Part shown: positions 16,409-25,453 of the stretch, piece by piece
Layout of the letters: each line of letters begins with the position of its first letter
Numbering within the stretch: the stretch's first letter is position 1
NCBI GenBank assembly: GCA_014896315.1
Contig: JADBKP010000001.1
Span: 201,557-265,556 of the forward strand
Length of the DNA stretch: 64,000 nucleotides
Source of the DNA: Limnochordales bacterium
GTDB lineage: Bacteria; Bacillota; Limnochordia; Limnochordales; DUMU01
Direction of reading: 5' to 3'
The notes under the pieces: generated by a model
What the model was told of the DNA's origin: nothing
What the model saw: the letters and a program-made list of their open reading frames with translations, nothing else
Database searches by the model: none
Made by a program: the position numbers and the translations under genes

Positions 16409-17540
16409 TGCTACGCTTCTCCAAGTAAGCAACAAAAGCTCCCAGGCTTATGTTCAACAAAGATGCTGCCTCTTTAAAGGTGAGTTCGCCCTCAATAGTA
16501 GCGGCGACTACCGCGTTTGTGAAAGTAGGGCTATTCCAAGCTGCGAGGTTGTGATCGAAATTGCCACTGGAACTTTTGCGTTTTTGCTTTCCAAGACCTT
16601 TGTAGTACTCTCCCACCAGGTTCTGGTATTCCTCGCGGGAAATGAGCCCAAGGTCATGGGCTCGACGCGCAGCAACCCATACACTCACCCAGAACCGCCT
16701 GGCCACGTTTTGTGCGGCTTCCCTCGGGTCTGAGCTCCACATGCGGCGAAGCTGTTGCTCCGGGACTAAGAGCTCCGCGGCAACTCGGTCGCAAAACTTT
16801 TCCAACTCGGGGTCGGGTTCGAGCTCGTGATTGTCGTCCAAAGCGCTTTGTCCAACCCAGATATGGGCAAGCTCATGGGCAAAGGTGAAGTTGCGCCGGG
16901 CCTGATAATCCCTCATGTTGACCAGAATGATCGGGGCCACCGGGTCGGCAATGGCGAAACCCGAGAACTCGGTCGGATCCAGGGGGAGATGGGTGTTGCT
17001 CCCCACAATGCCCCTACGAAGGACTAGAATCCCTATCTCTTCGGCTCGCTTGCTCAGCTTGCGCAGGAAGTCATCCCAGTCTTCAGCCTCCACGCGGATT
17101 GCTTGCACAGGGATGTAGCTACGGATTGCGTCCGCCACCTCTTCCGGTGCGGCTTCCTGCCAGTCGACACTTCCGACAAAGGCAAGTGGACGATTCCCCC
17201 GGTACTCCCGCCACCAGTCTCGCTTTCGCAGGGCGTCGTAGATGGTTTCGGTCAGTTCGAGGCTGGGCTCTTTCGGAGCATCAGCCCTCCTGCGCAGGTC
17301 CGGAATGGGAATCTCCACCCGGGCTGGTGGAGGAAGAAGAAGCTGGCCGAAGGAGACCCTGAGCCTTTGCGCGATCTTCTGGGCCTGCCGGTACGTCGGG
17401 CGCGCCTTGCCTCCGATCCAGGCATGAACTCTCTCTACGCTAGCCCCCGCGGCTCTAGCCAAGTCGTCAGGGTCCAACCTTGCGCGCCGCAGTGCCCACG
17501 CCAGGGTCTCAGGATTGATAGGCACTTCCAGGGTGGGCAT
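16392..17540 (-). CDS. HTH + ImmA/IrrE-family zinc metallopeptidase
   Basis: The track ORF runs to 17594. The ATG at 17540 follows GGGAGGTG. The N-terminal XRE-like HTH region includes 'LARAAGASVERVHAWIGG'. The peptidase motif is 'FAHELAHIW' (HEXXH). Confidence 0.8.
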   Translation of the reverse strand: MPTLEVPINPETLAWALRRARLDPDDLARAAGASVERVHAWIGGKARPTYRQAQKIAQRLRVSFGQLLLPPPARVEIPIPDLRRRADAPKEPSLELTETIYDALRKRDWWREYRGNRPLAFVGSVDWQEAAPEEVADAIRSYIPVQAIRVEAEDWDDFLRKLSKRAEEIGILVLRRGIVGSNTHLPLDPTEFSGFAIADPVAPIILVNMRDYQARRNFTFAHELAHIWVGQSALDDNHELEPDPELEKFCDRVAAELLVPEQQLRRMWSSDPREAAQNVARRFWVSVWVAARRAHDLGLISREEYQNLVGEYYKGLGKQKRKSSSGNFDHNLAAWNSPTFTNAVVAATIEGELTFKEAASLLNISLGAFVAYLEKRSSEVSY

Positions 17541-17793
17541 GGCCGTCACACCTCCCACAACCAAGTTCGGCAATACACCGTCAGCTGGAGACAAGTGTGA
17601 GCACTCTTGCCACTGCAGACGCGCGACGACCGGAGGAAAATCTTCACGTCAGTGATGTTGATTACCTTCCGGCTTGCCATTCGTATGCCGACTCTATACT
17701 TCCATTATGCAGCATAAGGACTGTGGTAAACTGGTGCCTTGCAACTTGAGGCATCTGTGTCTGGTGGGGGCTCTCGGAAGATCCCGGAAAATG

Positions 17794-18465
17794 CTACTCG
17801 TAATGGTCAGCGCTGCTAGGTGCAGCTTCGGCACGGGCGACGACCTCGTCCAGGGCCGGCTCTTCGCGGCCCACGGCCAGCAGCAGCGCCCGGACCTTGA
17901 CCGGCTGGGCCGAGGCCGCCACGCCCGCCAACAGCCTCAGCCCATGCTCCAGCCACCCCACACCCACGCCCCCGCCCGCCCGCACCCGGAGCTTGACAAT
18001 GTCCTTGTGCGGGGTGGGTTCGACCGTTTCGCCCTCGGTGTGCAGTTCCTCGAAAAGCCGTTCACCGGGGCGGATGCCGGTGAACTCGATCTTGATGTCC
18101 ACGTCCGGTTCAAGGCCGCTGAGGCGGATCATCTCCCGGGCCAGGTCCAGAATGCGGATCGGCTGGCCCATCCGCAGGACGTAGATCTCGCCACCTTCCC
18201 CCATCGCCCCCGCCTGCAACACCAGCTAAACCGCCTCCGGAATGGTCATGAAATACCGCTTCATCTCCGGGTGCGTGACGGTGACCGGCCCGCCGGCGGC
18301 AATCTGCCGCTTGAAAATCGGTATGACACTGCCCCGGCTGCCGAGGACATTGCCAAAGCGCACGGCGACAAACCGGGTACGGACCGGACGTCGGTCTACT
18401 CCGTCACCGCCACCGCAGACTCCGTCAGCCCCAACGGACCTATCCAAGCCGGCGACATGCGCCAA
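17794..18465 (-). pseudogene. CapD-like dehydratase fragment (C-terminal half only, in-frame stop)
   Basis: Two ORFs are colinear with the C-terminal half of 22344..23486. '[45 protein letters not shown]' is identical in both. They are split by a TAG at 18223-18225 where the intact copy has CAG. The NAD-binding N-terminal half is absent. Confidence 0.85.
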
Positions 18466-18667
18466 GCGGGCCTGCTTTACGTGTTCCTCGGAAAAAGGGC
18501 AGCTCCACCCCGACCTTTACATTACTCGTGAACCGATCGCCGGCTAGCACGTCAACATCACTATCGTCCGCGAATAGCCCCGCCCGCTCCCTGCGTGCTA
18601 GCATGCCGAGTGTACCGTTCCCCAACCGCGTCGCACTCCCGGGCACTGACCTACGAAGTGCGCTGCC

Positions 18668-19887
18668 CTAACAGCCGTGCATCGACGTAGAACGCAAAAT
18701 ATTGAGAATCCGCCCGCTGGCATGTCCGTCGCCGAAGGGGTTGTTGGCGCCGCCGGCACTGGCCATCTCCTCGTGCCGCCGGGGATCGGTCAACAGTGCG
18801 AGTGCTTCTTCCCGGATGCGGGCACGGTCTGTTCCAACCAGGCGGGCGGTGCCCGCCTCCACCGCTTCCTGTCGCTCCGTCTCCTCACGCAGAACCAGCA
18901 TCGATTTGCGCAGGGCAGGCGCCTCTTCCTGCACACCGCCGGAGTCAGACAGCACAAGCGTCGCTTCTTGCAACGCGTGGACGAACTCCTTATAGTCCAG
19001 AGGATCCGTCAGCTTCACTCGCGAGTGCGATCCCAGGATACGACTGGCTGCTTCTCGCACTATCGGATTGCGGTGGCAAGGAAAGAGCACCCAGAAGTCG
19101 GGCAAAGCCTCAATAACTCAATAATGTCGAGGATGGCGTGATAGACCTGTTCCAGAGGTTGCCCCCAGTTCTCCCGGCGGTCGGTGGTGACCAGCAGCAT
19201 CCGGGAAGCTGCCTGCCGACCCAAGCCTGCACTTGCTGGCGATGGTGTCGGCTTTTTGGTGTCAGGATTTGCGGTCAGTTCAGATTAGGCGGCAGCCTCG
19301 ACACCAGCTAAACTTGCTTGGCTCTGCAGCGACAGAACCGCGTAAAGTGCATCAATAGCCGTATTACCCGTCACGTGAACTGTCTCCGCGGGAACTCCCT
19401 CCGCCAGGAGATTGGCGGCGACCCTCTTCGTCGGGGCAAAATGAACTGCCGCGAGGCGCGTGATGAGCCGGCGGTTGGCCTCCTCCGGAAAGGGGGAATA
19501 GATGGAACTGGTACGCAACCCGGCCCCCACGTGGGCCACTGGGACGCGAGCGTAGAAGCCGGCCAGAGCCCCCACAAAGGCCGTGGTCGTATCTCCCTGC
19601 ACGATCACCCAGTCCGGCTTTTCCTTGGCCAGCACCGGCTCCAAACCCAGCAACACTCGGGATGTAAGGCTGCTCAGGCTCTGCTGCGGCCGCATGACGT
19701 TCAGGTCATAGTCAGGACGTACGTCAAAAAGCTTTAAAACCTGGTCCAGCATCTCACGGTGCTGTGCTGTGGCCACTACGACAGGATCAAAGTCGCAGCT
19801 CTTCTTCATTGCGATGATTACCGGCGCCAGCTTAATAGCCTCGGGTCGAGTGCCTACTACGATCAGGCAGCGTCGTGTTTTACTTAT
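18668..19887 (-). pseudogene. Disrupted copy of the WecB-type 2-epimerase paralog
   Basis: ORFs 18668..19105 and 19285..19809 match the C- and N-terminal parts of 2503..3777 but lie in different frames. The initiator position reads ATA (19885-19887) instead of ATG. The linker region is shorter and lacks the hexanucleotide array. Confidence 0.85.
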
Positions 19888-20068
19888 CGTACCTACGACT
19901 CATTGGGCCAGGGCATGCTGCTATAGCCTCGACCCCGACCAGTCTGCGCCTCCAGCACCACTGTCGGTAAGTACTTGTACGGGAATCTTGTCCAGCGCCT
20001 GCCTAATAAGTCAAACACCGTTAGAAACAGTGTAGCGACACGCATCACTATGCGCCTGAAGTTGAACC

Positions 20069-20797
20069 TCACGCAAAGAGCTCGTCGAGATCGTCTCGAC
20101 CCAAGATGCCTATGTCCCCGAACCCGTACTTCTGCAGACACAATCGCAACGGCTCGCAATCTTCATCAAGACCTGTCAAAAACACTCGGCTGGCAAAGCC
20201 CCTGGCCTCGGCTTGCCGAGCAGTCTTTACCATGAAGTCAAGTTTGCTGAGGGTGTCACTCTTCCAGGTAGATATCGGCTGGTCACACGACAGAAAGTTC
20301 CTGACCCGGACCTTGCATTCATGACCCTCAAAGCGCTTGGCCCCCAGAAAAGCCGCATCGAATGTTGATTCGGAGTCTACCAGGGATCGGGTATGATTCT
20401 GATCCAGGCGCTCGTGTAAAGAGCACTGATACTCCCTGCGTAAGCATGTGCAATTACGAAATGGTCTCGCAAATGGTCCCATCTGGTAGATTAGGAATTC
20501 TAGAAACCTTCCTCTCGGTTCAAGTCTCGAGGAAGCTATGCTGTAAAGTTTCTCAAGCATTGTCCACAAGATACCTACGTCGCGCGACGAACGAGATCCA
20601 GGAGGCAAGTGTATTTTCACCAAGAGTTTGAATTTCTCCTCGCGCAAGCCGCTATTGTAAGACGTCAATACCTCACGCAAATAATCCGCAACGATGGGCC
20701 AATACTCGGCATGGAGAATCAGAAATTCAGTGAGCTTCCTTACTGGAGGAGGGTATCCGTAGGTCTTTTTCGCCCGTACCAACTCTAGCTCTGCCAT
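20069..20797 (-). CDS. Hypothetical protein (242 aa), possible PD-(D/E)xK nuclease fold
   Basis: The track ORF runs to 20893 but overlaps the upstream gene. The ATG at 20797 lies 5 nt after the upstream stop. 'STFDAAFLGAKRFEGHECKVRV' resembles a D..ExK core. No other motif is recognisable. Confidence 0.55.
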   Translation of the reverse strand: MAELELVRAKKTYGYPPPVRKLTEFLILHAEYWPIVADYLREVLTSYNSGLREEKFKLLVKIHLPPGSRSSRDVGILWTMLEKLYSIASSRLEPRGRFLEFLIYQMGPFARPFRNCTCLRREYQCSLHERLDQNHTRSLVDSESTFDAAFLGAKRFEGHECKVRVRNFLSCDQPISTWKSDTLSKLDFMVKTARQAEARGFASRVFLTGLDEDCEPLRLCLQKYGFGDIGILGRDDLDELFA

Positions 20798-20802
20798 TAG
20801 GG

Positions 20803-21237
20803 TCACCGTGTAATCTTGAGCGTGGGCAATATGAGAGGCGACAAGCCCATTTTCGCTGTCATGGTAGCCACGGTCTCCCGTATGAAGGGCCAAACGTTTA
20901 TGGGGACATTGCGGTCCAAAAACTCACGTATCAACTCCTCGCTTGGCTCGAGCTCTGCCTGCGACAGAACATATATCAGATGATATGTCAGCTTGATAGA
21001 TAGATCAGGAGTCGGCTTCTCTTCTTTTTGCTTTTCCTGATTCTTCGGAAAGGCATCTAGAGAGAATTCCGCTCTCGCGGCAAACTCCCTTTCAGAAAAG
21101 GACTCTAGCCCAACGCTGAACTCGTATTTTATCTGTAGAGGCGGCCGAAGATTGAGCTCGCGATGATGGCTGAGATCAGTGAGCGCTATGGCCTTAAGCT
21201 CTACTGCTCGGACGAGCTTGTTGTATTCCTCTGTCAC
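20803..21237 (-). CDS. SecB-like chaperone family protein
   Basis: 144 aa; the GTG at 21237 lies 7 nt after AAGGAGGTG. The C-terminal 'RNVPINVWPFIRETVATMTAKMGLSPLILPTLK' resembles the conserved SecB segment (LfPY-Re..pp..LpP.nF). Size and beta-rich N-terminus are compatible. Confidence 0.6.
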   Translation of the reverse strand: MTEEYNKLVRAVELKAIALTDLSHHRELNLRPPLQIKYEFSVGLESFSEREFAARAEFSLDAFPKNQEKQKEEKPTPDLSIKLTYHLIYVLSQAELEPSEELIREFLDRNVPINVWPFIRETVATMTAKMGLSPLILPTLKITR

Positions 21238-21265
21238 AACTATTCACCTCCTTGGCCACCAGTGT

Positions 21266-21298
21266 GAAAATAAACCCCGGCAAGGTCATTTGCCGGGG
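21266..21298 (-). terminator. Rho-independent terminator after the 228-aa gene
   Basis: The minus strand reads CCCCGGCAA-ATGACC-TTGCCGGGG followed by TTTATTTTC, a 9-bp perfect stem. It lies about 60 nt downstream of the stop at 21357. Confidence 0.8.
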
Positions 21299-21356
21299 CT
21301 CAGGCAGCACGCCTCGGATAGGCGACCTGCATCCACTCTTCAAAGTTGCCCCGAAC

Positions 21357-22043
21357 CTAGGCGGCTACCAGGTAGCGACTGCCTTCGCAACCACTGGGGA
21401 CACATAGACCGCTGAGGTCGTAATCCATCCAGTTCGAGGGCAACTTGGGTGGGTCCAATCGTTGGTTCTGAAGCCAGGCACTGACAAATGGCTCGACCAG
21501 CTTGCGCGTATCGGCATGGTCCACCCTTACCTCCACAACTGGCTGCCCCTGGAATCGCTTGAATGCGCGCCGGAGCGAGGGAAGGATTCCCCGTGCCCAG
21601 TCAAGAATGACATCCCACTCTTCTGGGGTTTGCAGGCTCTTGTGCGAAACCTCTACAAGCTGCTCCGCAGCCTGCAGCGCCTCCGCCATTTCCTTTTGAT
21701 CACAGGGAGGGGCATTCTTGATTCTGGAGCGAAGCTCGCGGTAAATCTCCATGCCACCCGTTTCCAGCCATCGCTCTGCCCACCCAACCCACTGCAGGCG
21801 AGCATCATCGTTCATAGCTGTCACATGCTCCCTGTAGATCTCCAGCTCCACGCGGATGCGCTCCCATAGGCGGTCGAGCGCTTGCAGAGCGGGCCGAGCG
21901 CTAGCAGGAGGCAGAAACTCCCAGGACAGGGTAGAGGAATCAGCATCCGATTGCCATGCTTCCGGGTGTACCAGAGTCACGACCGGTCCTCCTCCCCACT
22001 GCCATCCACCGCTCACCGAGTACACTACAGATTCGCCAGGCAT
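21357..22043 (-). CDS. Hypothetical protein (228 aa)
   Basis: The track ORF runs to 22076. The ATG at 22043 lies 8 nt after GGGAGGG. No recognisable motif. It has its own terminator. Confidence 0.55.
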   Translation of the reverse strand: MPGESVVYSVSGGWQWGGGPVVTLVHPEAWQSDADSSTLSWEFLPPASARPALQALDRLWERIRVELEIYREHVTAMNDDARLQWVGWAERWLETGGMEIYRELRSRIKNAPPCDQKEMAEALQAAEQLVEVSHKSLQTPEEWDVILDWARGILPSLRRAFKRFQGQPVVEVRVDHADTRKLVEPFVSAWLQNQRLDPPKLPSNWMDYDLSGLCVPSGCEGSRYLVAA

Positions 22044-22343
22044 GCCGGGATCCCTCCCGGCACATACTATTCCCACCGAATTCTGGGTTATTCTGGCAAG
22101 TCGGCGTTACGTGCAGTGCAATATTGTCTTTTACCACACTCGGGGCGTTGGGGCAACGTTGAGATCTCAGCTTTTGACAGCCGAAAACCCATCTGCCATC
22201 CGGTCCGTGATCGCCCCTCGGCCAACTTCTCCACGTCAGTGGCGTCGGCGAGCAGGTCAAGTTTCACGACGAACGAGTCCGGGCGCCGCTCCCGCACGTC
22301 CCCGTACGCGAGAAGACCCACTCATGGCTGGACTTGCTGCCCC

Positions 22344-23486
22344 TCAGACTCTTTCGTCCGCCGATGCCGCTTCTGCCTGAGACAAGACCCGGTCCAAGGC
22401 AGGCTCTTCGCGGCCCATGGCCAGCAGCAAAGCACGGACCTTTCCCTGCTCGCCCGAGGCCACGGCCTCCGCCAACAGCCTCAGCCCGTGCTCGAGCCAC
22501 GCCACATCCACGCCCTCGCCCTGCCGCACCCGCAGCTTGACAATGTCCTTGTGCGGGGTGGGCTCGACTGTTTCAACGTCCGTGTGCAGCTCCTCGAAAA
22601 GGCGCTCCCCGGGCCTAATCCCGGTAAACTCGATCTTGATGTCCACGTCCGGTTCAAGGCCGCTCAGGCGGATCATCTCCCGGGCCAGGTCAACGATCCG
22701 GATCGGCTGGCCCATCCGCAGGACGTAGATCTCGCCGCCCTCTCCCATCGCCCCGGCCTGCAACACGAGCTGAACCGCCTCCGGAATGGTCATGAAATAC
22801 CGCTTCATCTCCGGGTGAGTGACGGTGACCGGCCCGCCGGCGGCAATCTGCCGCTTAAAAATCGGTATGACACTGCCCCGGCTGCCGAGGACATTGCCAA
22901 AGCGCACGGCGACAAACCGGGTACGAACCGGACGGCCCACGGCCAGGCTCCCCCGGCTCATCGCCTGAATGATCATCTCCGCCACCCGCTTGGAAGCCCC
23001 CATGCAGTTCACCGGGTTAACCGCCTTGTCGGTGCTGATGAGGACGAACCGTTCCGCCCCGACCTCCGCCGCCGCCCGGGCCACGTTCAACGTTCCAAAG
23101 ATGCTGTTGGTGACCGCCTCATCCGGATTCTCCTCCATCAGCGGCACATGCTTGTGGGCGGCGGCATGGAAGACGATCTGGGGCCGCCACTCACCAAACA
23201 CCCGCCGCATCTTCGCCCCGTCCCGGATATCCGCAATGCAGTCCACAGTCTCCAGCCCGGGGAACTTCTCCTTCAACTCGCCCTGAATCGCGAAGATGCT
23301 GTTTTCCCCGTGCCCGAGAAGGATCAGCCGCCGCGGGCCAAACCCGGCCACCTGCCGGCAAAGCTCGGAGCCGATCGAACCACCTGCTCCCGTTACCAGC
23401 ACCGTCCGGCCCCGCAGGTACCGGGCGACCCCTCCGGTATCGATGAACAGGGTGGTTGATGTCCTCGTCAATCCGGTTGAACCCAT
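22344..23486 (-). CDS. CapD/WbpM/PglF-type nucleotide-sugar 4,6-dehydratase/epimerase (soluble short form)
   Basis: 380 aa with the NAD-binding motif 'VLVTGAGGSIGSELCRQ' and 'VLISTDKAVNP'. It lacks the N-terminal membrane domain of long CapD forms. Confidence 0.85.
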   Translation of the reverse strand: MGSTGLTRTSTTLFIDTGGVARYLRGRTVLVTGAGGSIGSELCRQVAGFGPRRLILLGHGENSIFAIQGELKEKFPGLETVDCIADIRDGAKMRRVFGEWRPQIVFHAAAHKHVPLMEENPDEAVTNSIFGTLNVARAAAEVGAERFVLISTDKAVNPVNCMGASKRVAEMIIQAMSRGSLAVGRPVRTRFVAVRFGNVLGSRGSVIPIFKRQIAAGGPVTVTHPEMKRYFMTIPEAVQLVLQAGAMGEGGEIYVLRMGQPIRIVDLAREMIRLSGLEPDVDIKIEFTGIRPGERLFEELHTDVETVEPTPHKDIVKLRVRQGEGVDVAWLEHGLRLLAEAVASGEQGKVRALLLAMGREEPALDRVLSQAEAASADERV

Positions 23487-23575
23487 GACTCCCGAGTGAG
23501 CTTAACGATAGCCACTTCTGGACGGAAACCAGGCAGGGATAACCGCCCCGGCCCGAACTACCGGAACCGGCGGGC

Positions 23576-24955
23576 TCATCTGCCATCTCTTTTTCCTCCC
23601 GCCGGTTCTTGAAGAGCTACCGTGTTACCTCCCCCGTTTGTAAGCGGGCCGTCCTGCGAAGCCGCCACTTCCGGAACCGCGGAGACAAAATGGGAGGCCT
23701 CTGCGGCAAGGGCAGGTGGGGGTTCAGCAACAAGCCGGGAGCTCCGGGATCTTTCCGGAGTGAGCATAATCCCAATCGTCCGGAACATGATCTTGAGGTC
23801 GAGCAGAGGCGACCACAGGAAAATGTAGGCAAGGTCATAACGAAGCTTGTCCTCAGCCGGAGTGTCATAGTTGCCGCAGACTTGGGCCAATCCCGTGATT
23901 CCCGGTTTAATCAGGTGCCGCAGCTCGTACCCTTCTACCTTTCTCCGAAACTCTTCAACAAACTCTGGGCGCTCGGGCCGAGGACCGATGAGGCTCATTT
24001 CCCCCTTCAACACGTTGATCAATTGAGGGAACTCATCAATTCGAAAAGCGCGTAGCCACTTGCCTACCCTTGTGATGCGGGGGTCGTCGCGCGAGGCCAG
24101 TACAGGTCCGGTGCTATTCTCGGCCTTGTCGACCATGGTCCGGAATTTCAGTATCTCAAAGGTGCTGCCCCCCTGCCCTACCCGTGTCTGACGGAACAAG
24201 ACGGGGCCAGGCGAATCGAGCCGAGTAGCTATCGCGGCAAGCATACAGAGGGGAGAGAGAACGACAATTCCGATGAGGCTCAGAACAACGTCGGCAATTC
24301 TCTTCAGGGTCCGTGCAGACCACTGGCATGCCCTAGGACGGATTTCGAGCAGCAAGCGGCCTTCATCCTCAAAGACGCGACTGGATGCCAAAAGGATGTC
24401 CCCGGCACCGGGGAGGACGAAGAGGGCATCTTTCCATGCAGTAGCGTCCTGCAAGAACTCGACGAGCTCGGCAGACCTGATTGCCCGCAGTCCCAAGGTG
24501 GCCGCATTGACGCTGTCAGAGGCTGCGATCCTTATCCGAAGTACTGCCCACTTCCAAAAGACAAGACCCGCCCACAAGAGACAAAAAGTCACAGCATACG
24601 TGAACCGCGGGATAGCGACCATCCGGAAGGCGTAGACCGAAGCCGTAGTGAATATCACTGAGAAGGTGGATGCCACAAAAGCCGCGTACGATATGGCAAG
24701 CCATGATCGGTGGCGCCCCCATAAATCTACCAAGCTGCCGCCAACAAATAGGCCGAGAAGCCCGGCTGCCGTCGTGAATCCGATTTGCAGGTGGAGGTGG
24801 GATGGAACGTCTCCACCGCACAGGATCCAAAGAGCAACAAGGTGAGTGGCAGCTCCGATCACCAGGGTACCGAACAACTCTGCATGCCAACGGCTTAAGA
24901 AGGCGATAGGCAAACCTTTAGCATCGTGGTCCGCCTTCAGAGAAACGCGACCCAT
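23576..24955 (-). CDS. Polyprenyl-phosphate hexose-1-phosphate transferase (WbaP/EpsL-type priming sugar transferase)
   Basis: 459 aa with N-terminal TM segments. 'VLFRQTRVGQGGSTFEILKFRTM', 'DPRITRVGKWLR' and 'DEFPQLINVLKGEMSLIGPRPERPEF' are bacterial sugar-transferase signatures. Confidence 0.9.
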   Translation of the reverse strand: MGRVSLKADHDAKGLPIAFLSRWHAELFGTLVIGAATHLVALWILCGGDVPSHLHLQIGFTTAAGLLGLFVGGSLVDLWGRHRSWLAISYAAFVASTFSVIFTTASVYAFRMVAIPRFTYAVTFCLLWAGLVFWKWAVLRIRIAASDSVNAATLGLRAIRSAELVEFLQDATAWKDALFVLPGAGDILLASSRVFEDEGRLLLEIRPRACQWSARTLKRIADVVLSLIGIVVLSPLCMLAAIATRLDSPGPVLFRQTRVGQGGSTFEILKFRTMVDKAENSTGPVLASRDDPRITRVGKWLRAFRIDEFPQLINVLKGEMSLIGPRPERPEFVEEFRRKVEGYELRHLIKPGITGLAQVCGNYDTPAEDKLRYDLAYIFLWSPLLDLKIMFRTIGIMLTPERSRSSRLVAEPPPALAAEASHFVSAVPEVAASQDGPLTNGGGNTVALQEPAGGKRDGR

Positions 24956-25453
24956 GAAGTGCTATGCCTCCCGCACGATCGGATCATCCATCTACCGCAC
25001 ACGGGTTCCAGACCGCGGTCATTTCTACCTTCGATCCCATCCAACAGCAGGCCGCAAAGGTTCACTAGCGGGGCGCGCCGCAGTTGCTATCCTATGTTTC
25101 GCGGAGGGTCTCTTCCCTCCACATGACCAATCGTAGAAAGCCGTTGCCTCGGGACAGGTCGGCCTGGCCCATAGGTGCTCCCAGCTCACCTGATTGGATG
25201 AGGCGTCAGAGACCGAAGAGCCCGCGACCGCGGAAAAGACCGTGAAACCTATTGCCCGACCAATCAGCGGTGCCTCCTGCAGCCCTTTGCTTCTTCCAGC
25301 ACCCCACAGTGGAGAGCCACGATCTCATCGGACGTGCGCTCAAGGAAAACACGAACTCCTTGCTGACCAAAGCAAACAACTAATAGGCTGTTGCAAACTT
25401 AACACAAAACCATCCTGGCATGTCCTCGGTGACTCTCAGGTTCTCCAGGTGAA

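Noticed and set aside
17674-18531. 285-aa plus-strand ORF
   Set aside because: It is antisense to the CapD-like pseudogene fragments, whose minus-strand translation is near-identical to the intact paralog.
21882-23459. 525-aa plus-strand ORF, the longest plus-strand ORF in the island/polysaccharide junction
   Set aside because: It runs antisense to the well-supported CapD-like gene (22344..23486). It has Arg/Pro/His-rich composition typical of a GC-rich shadow frame and no ribosome-binding site.
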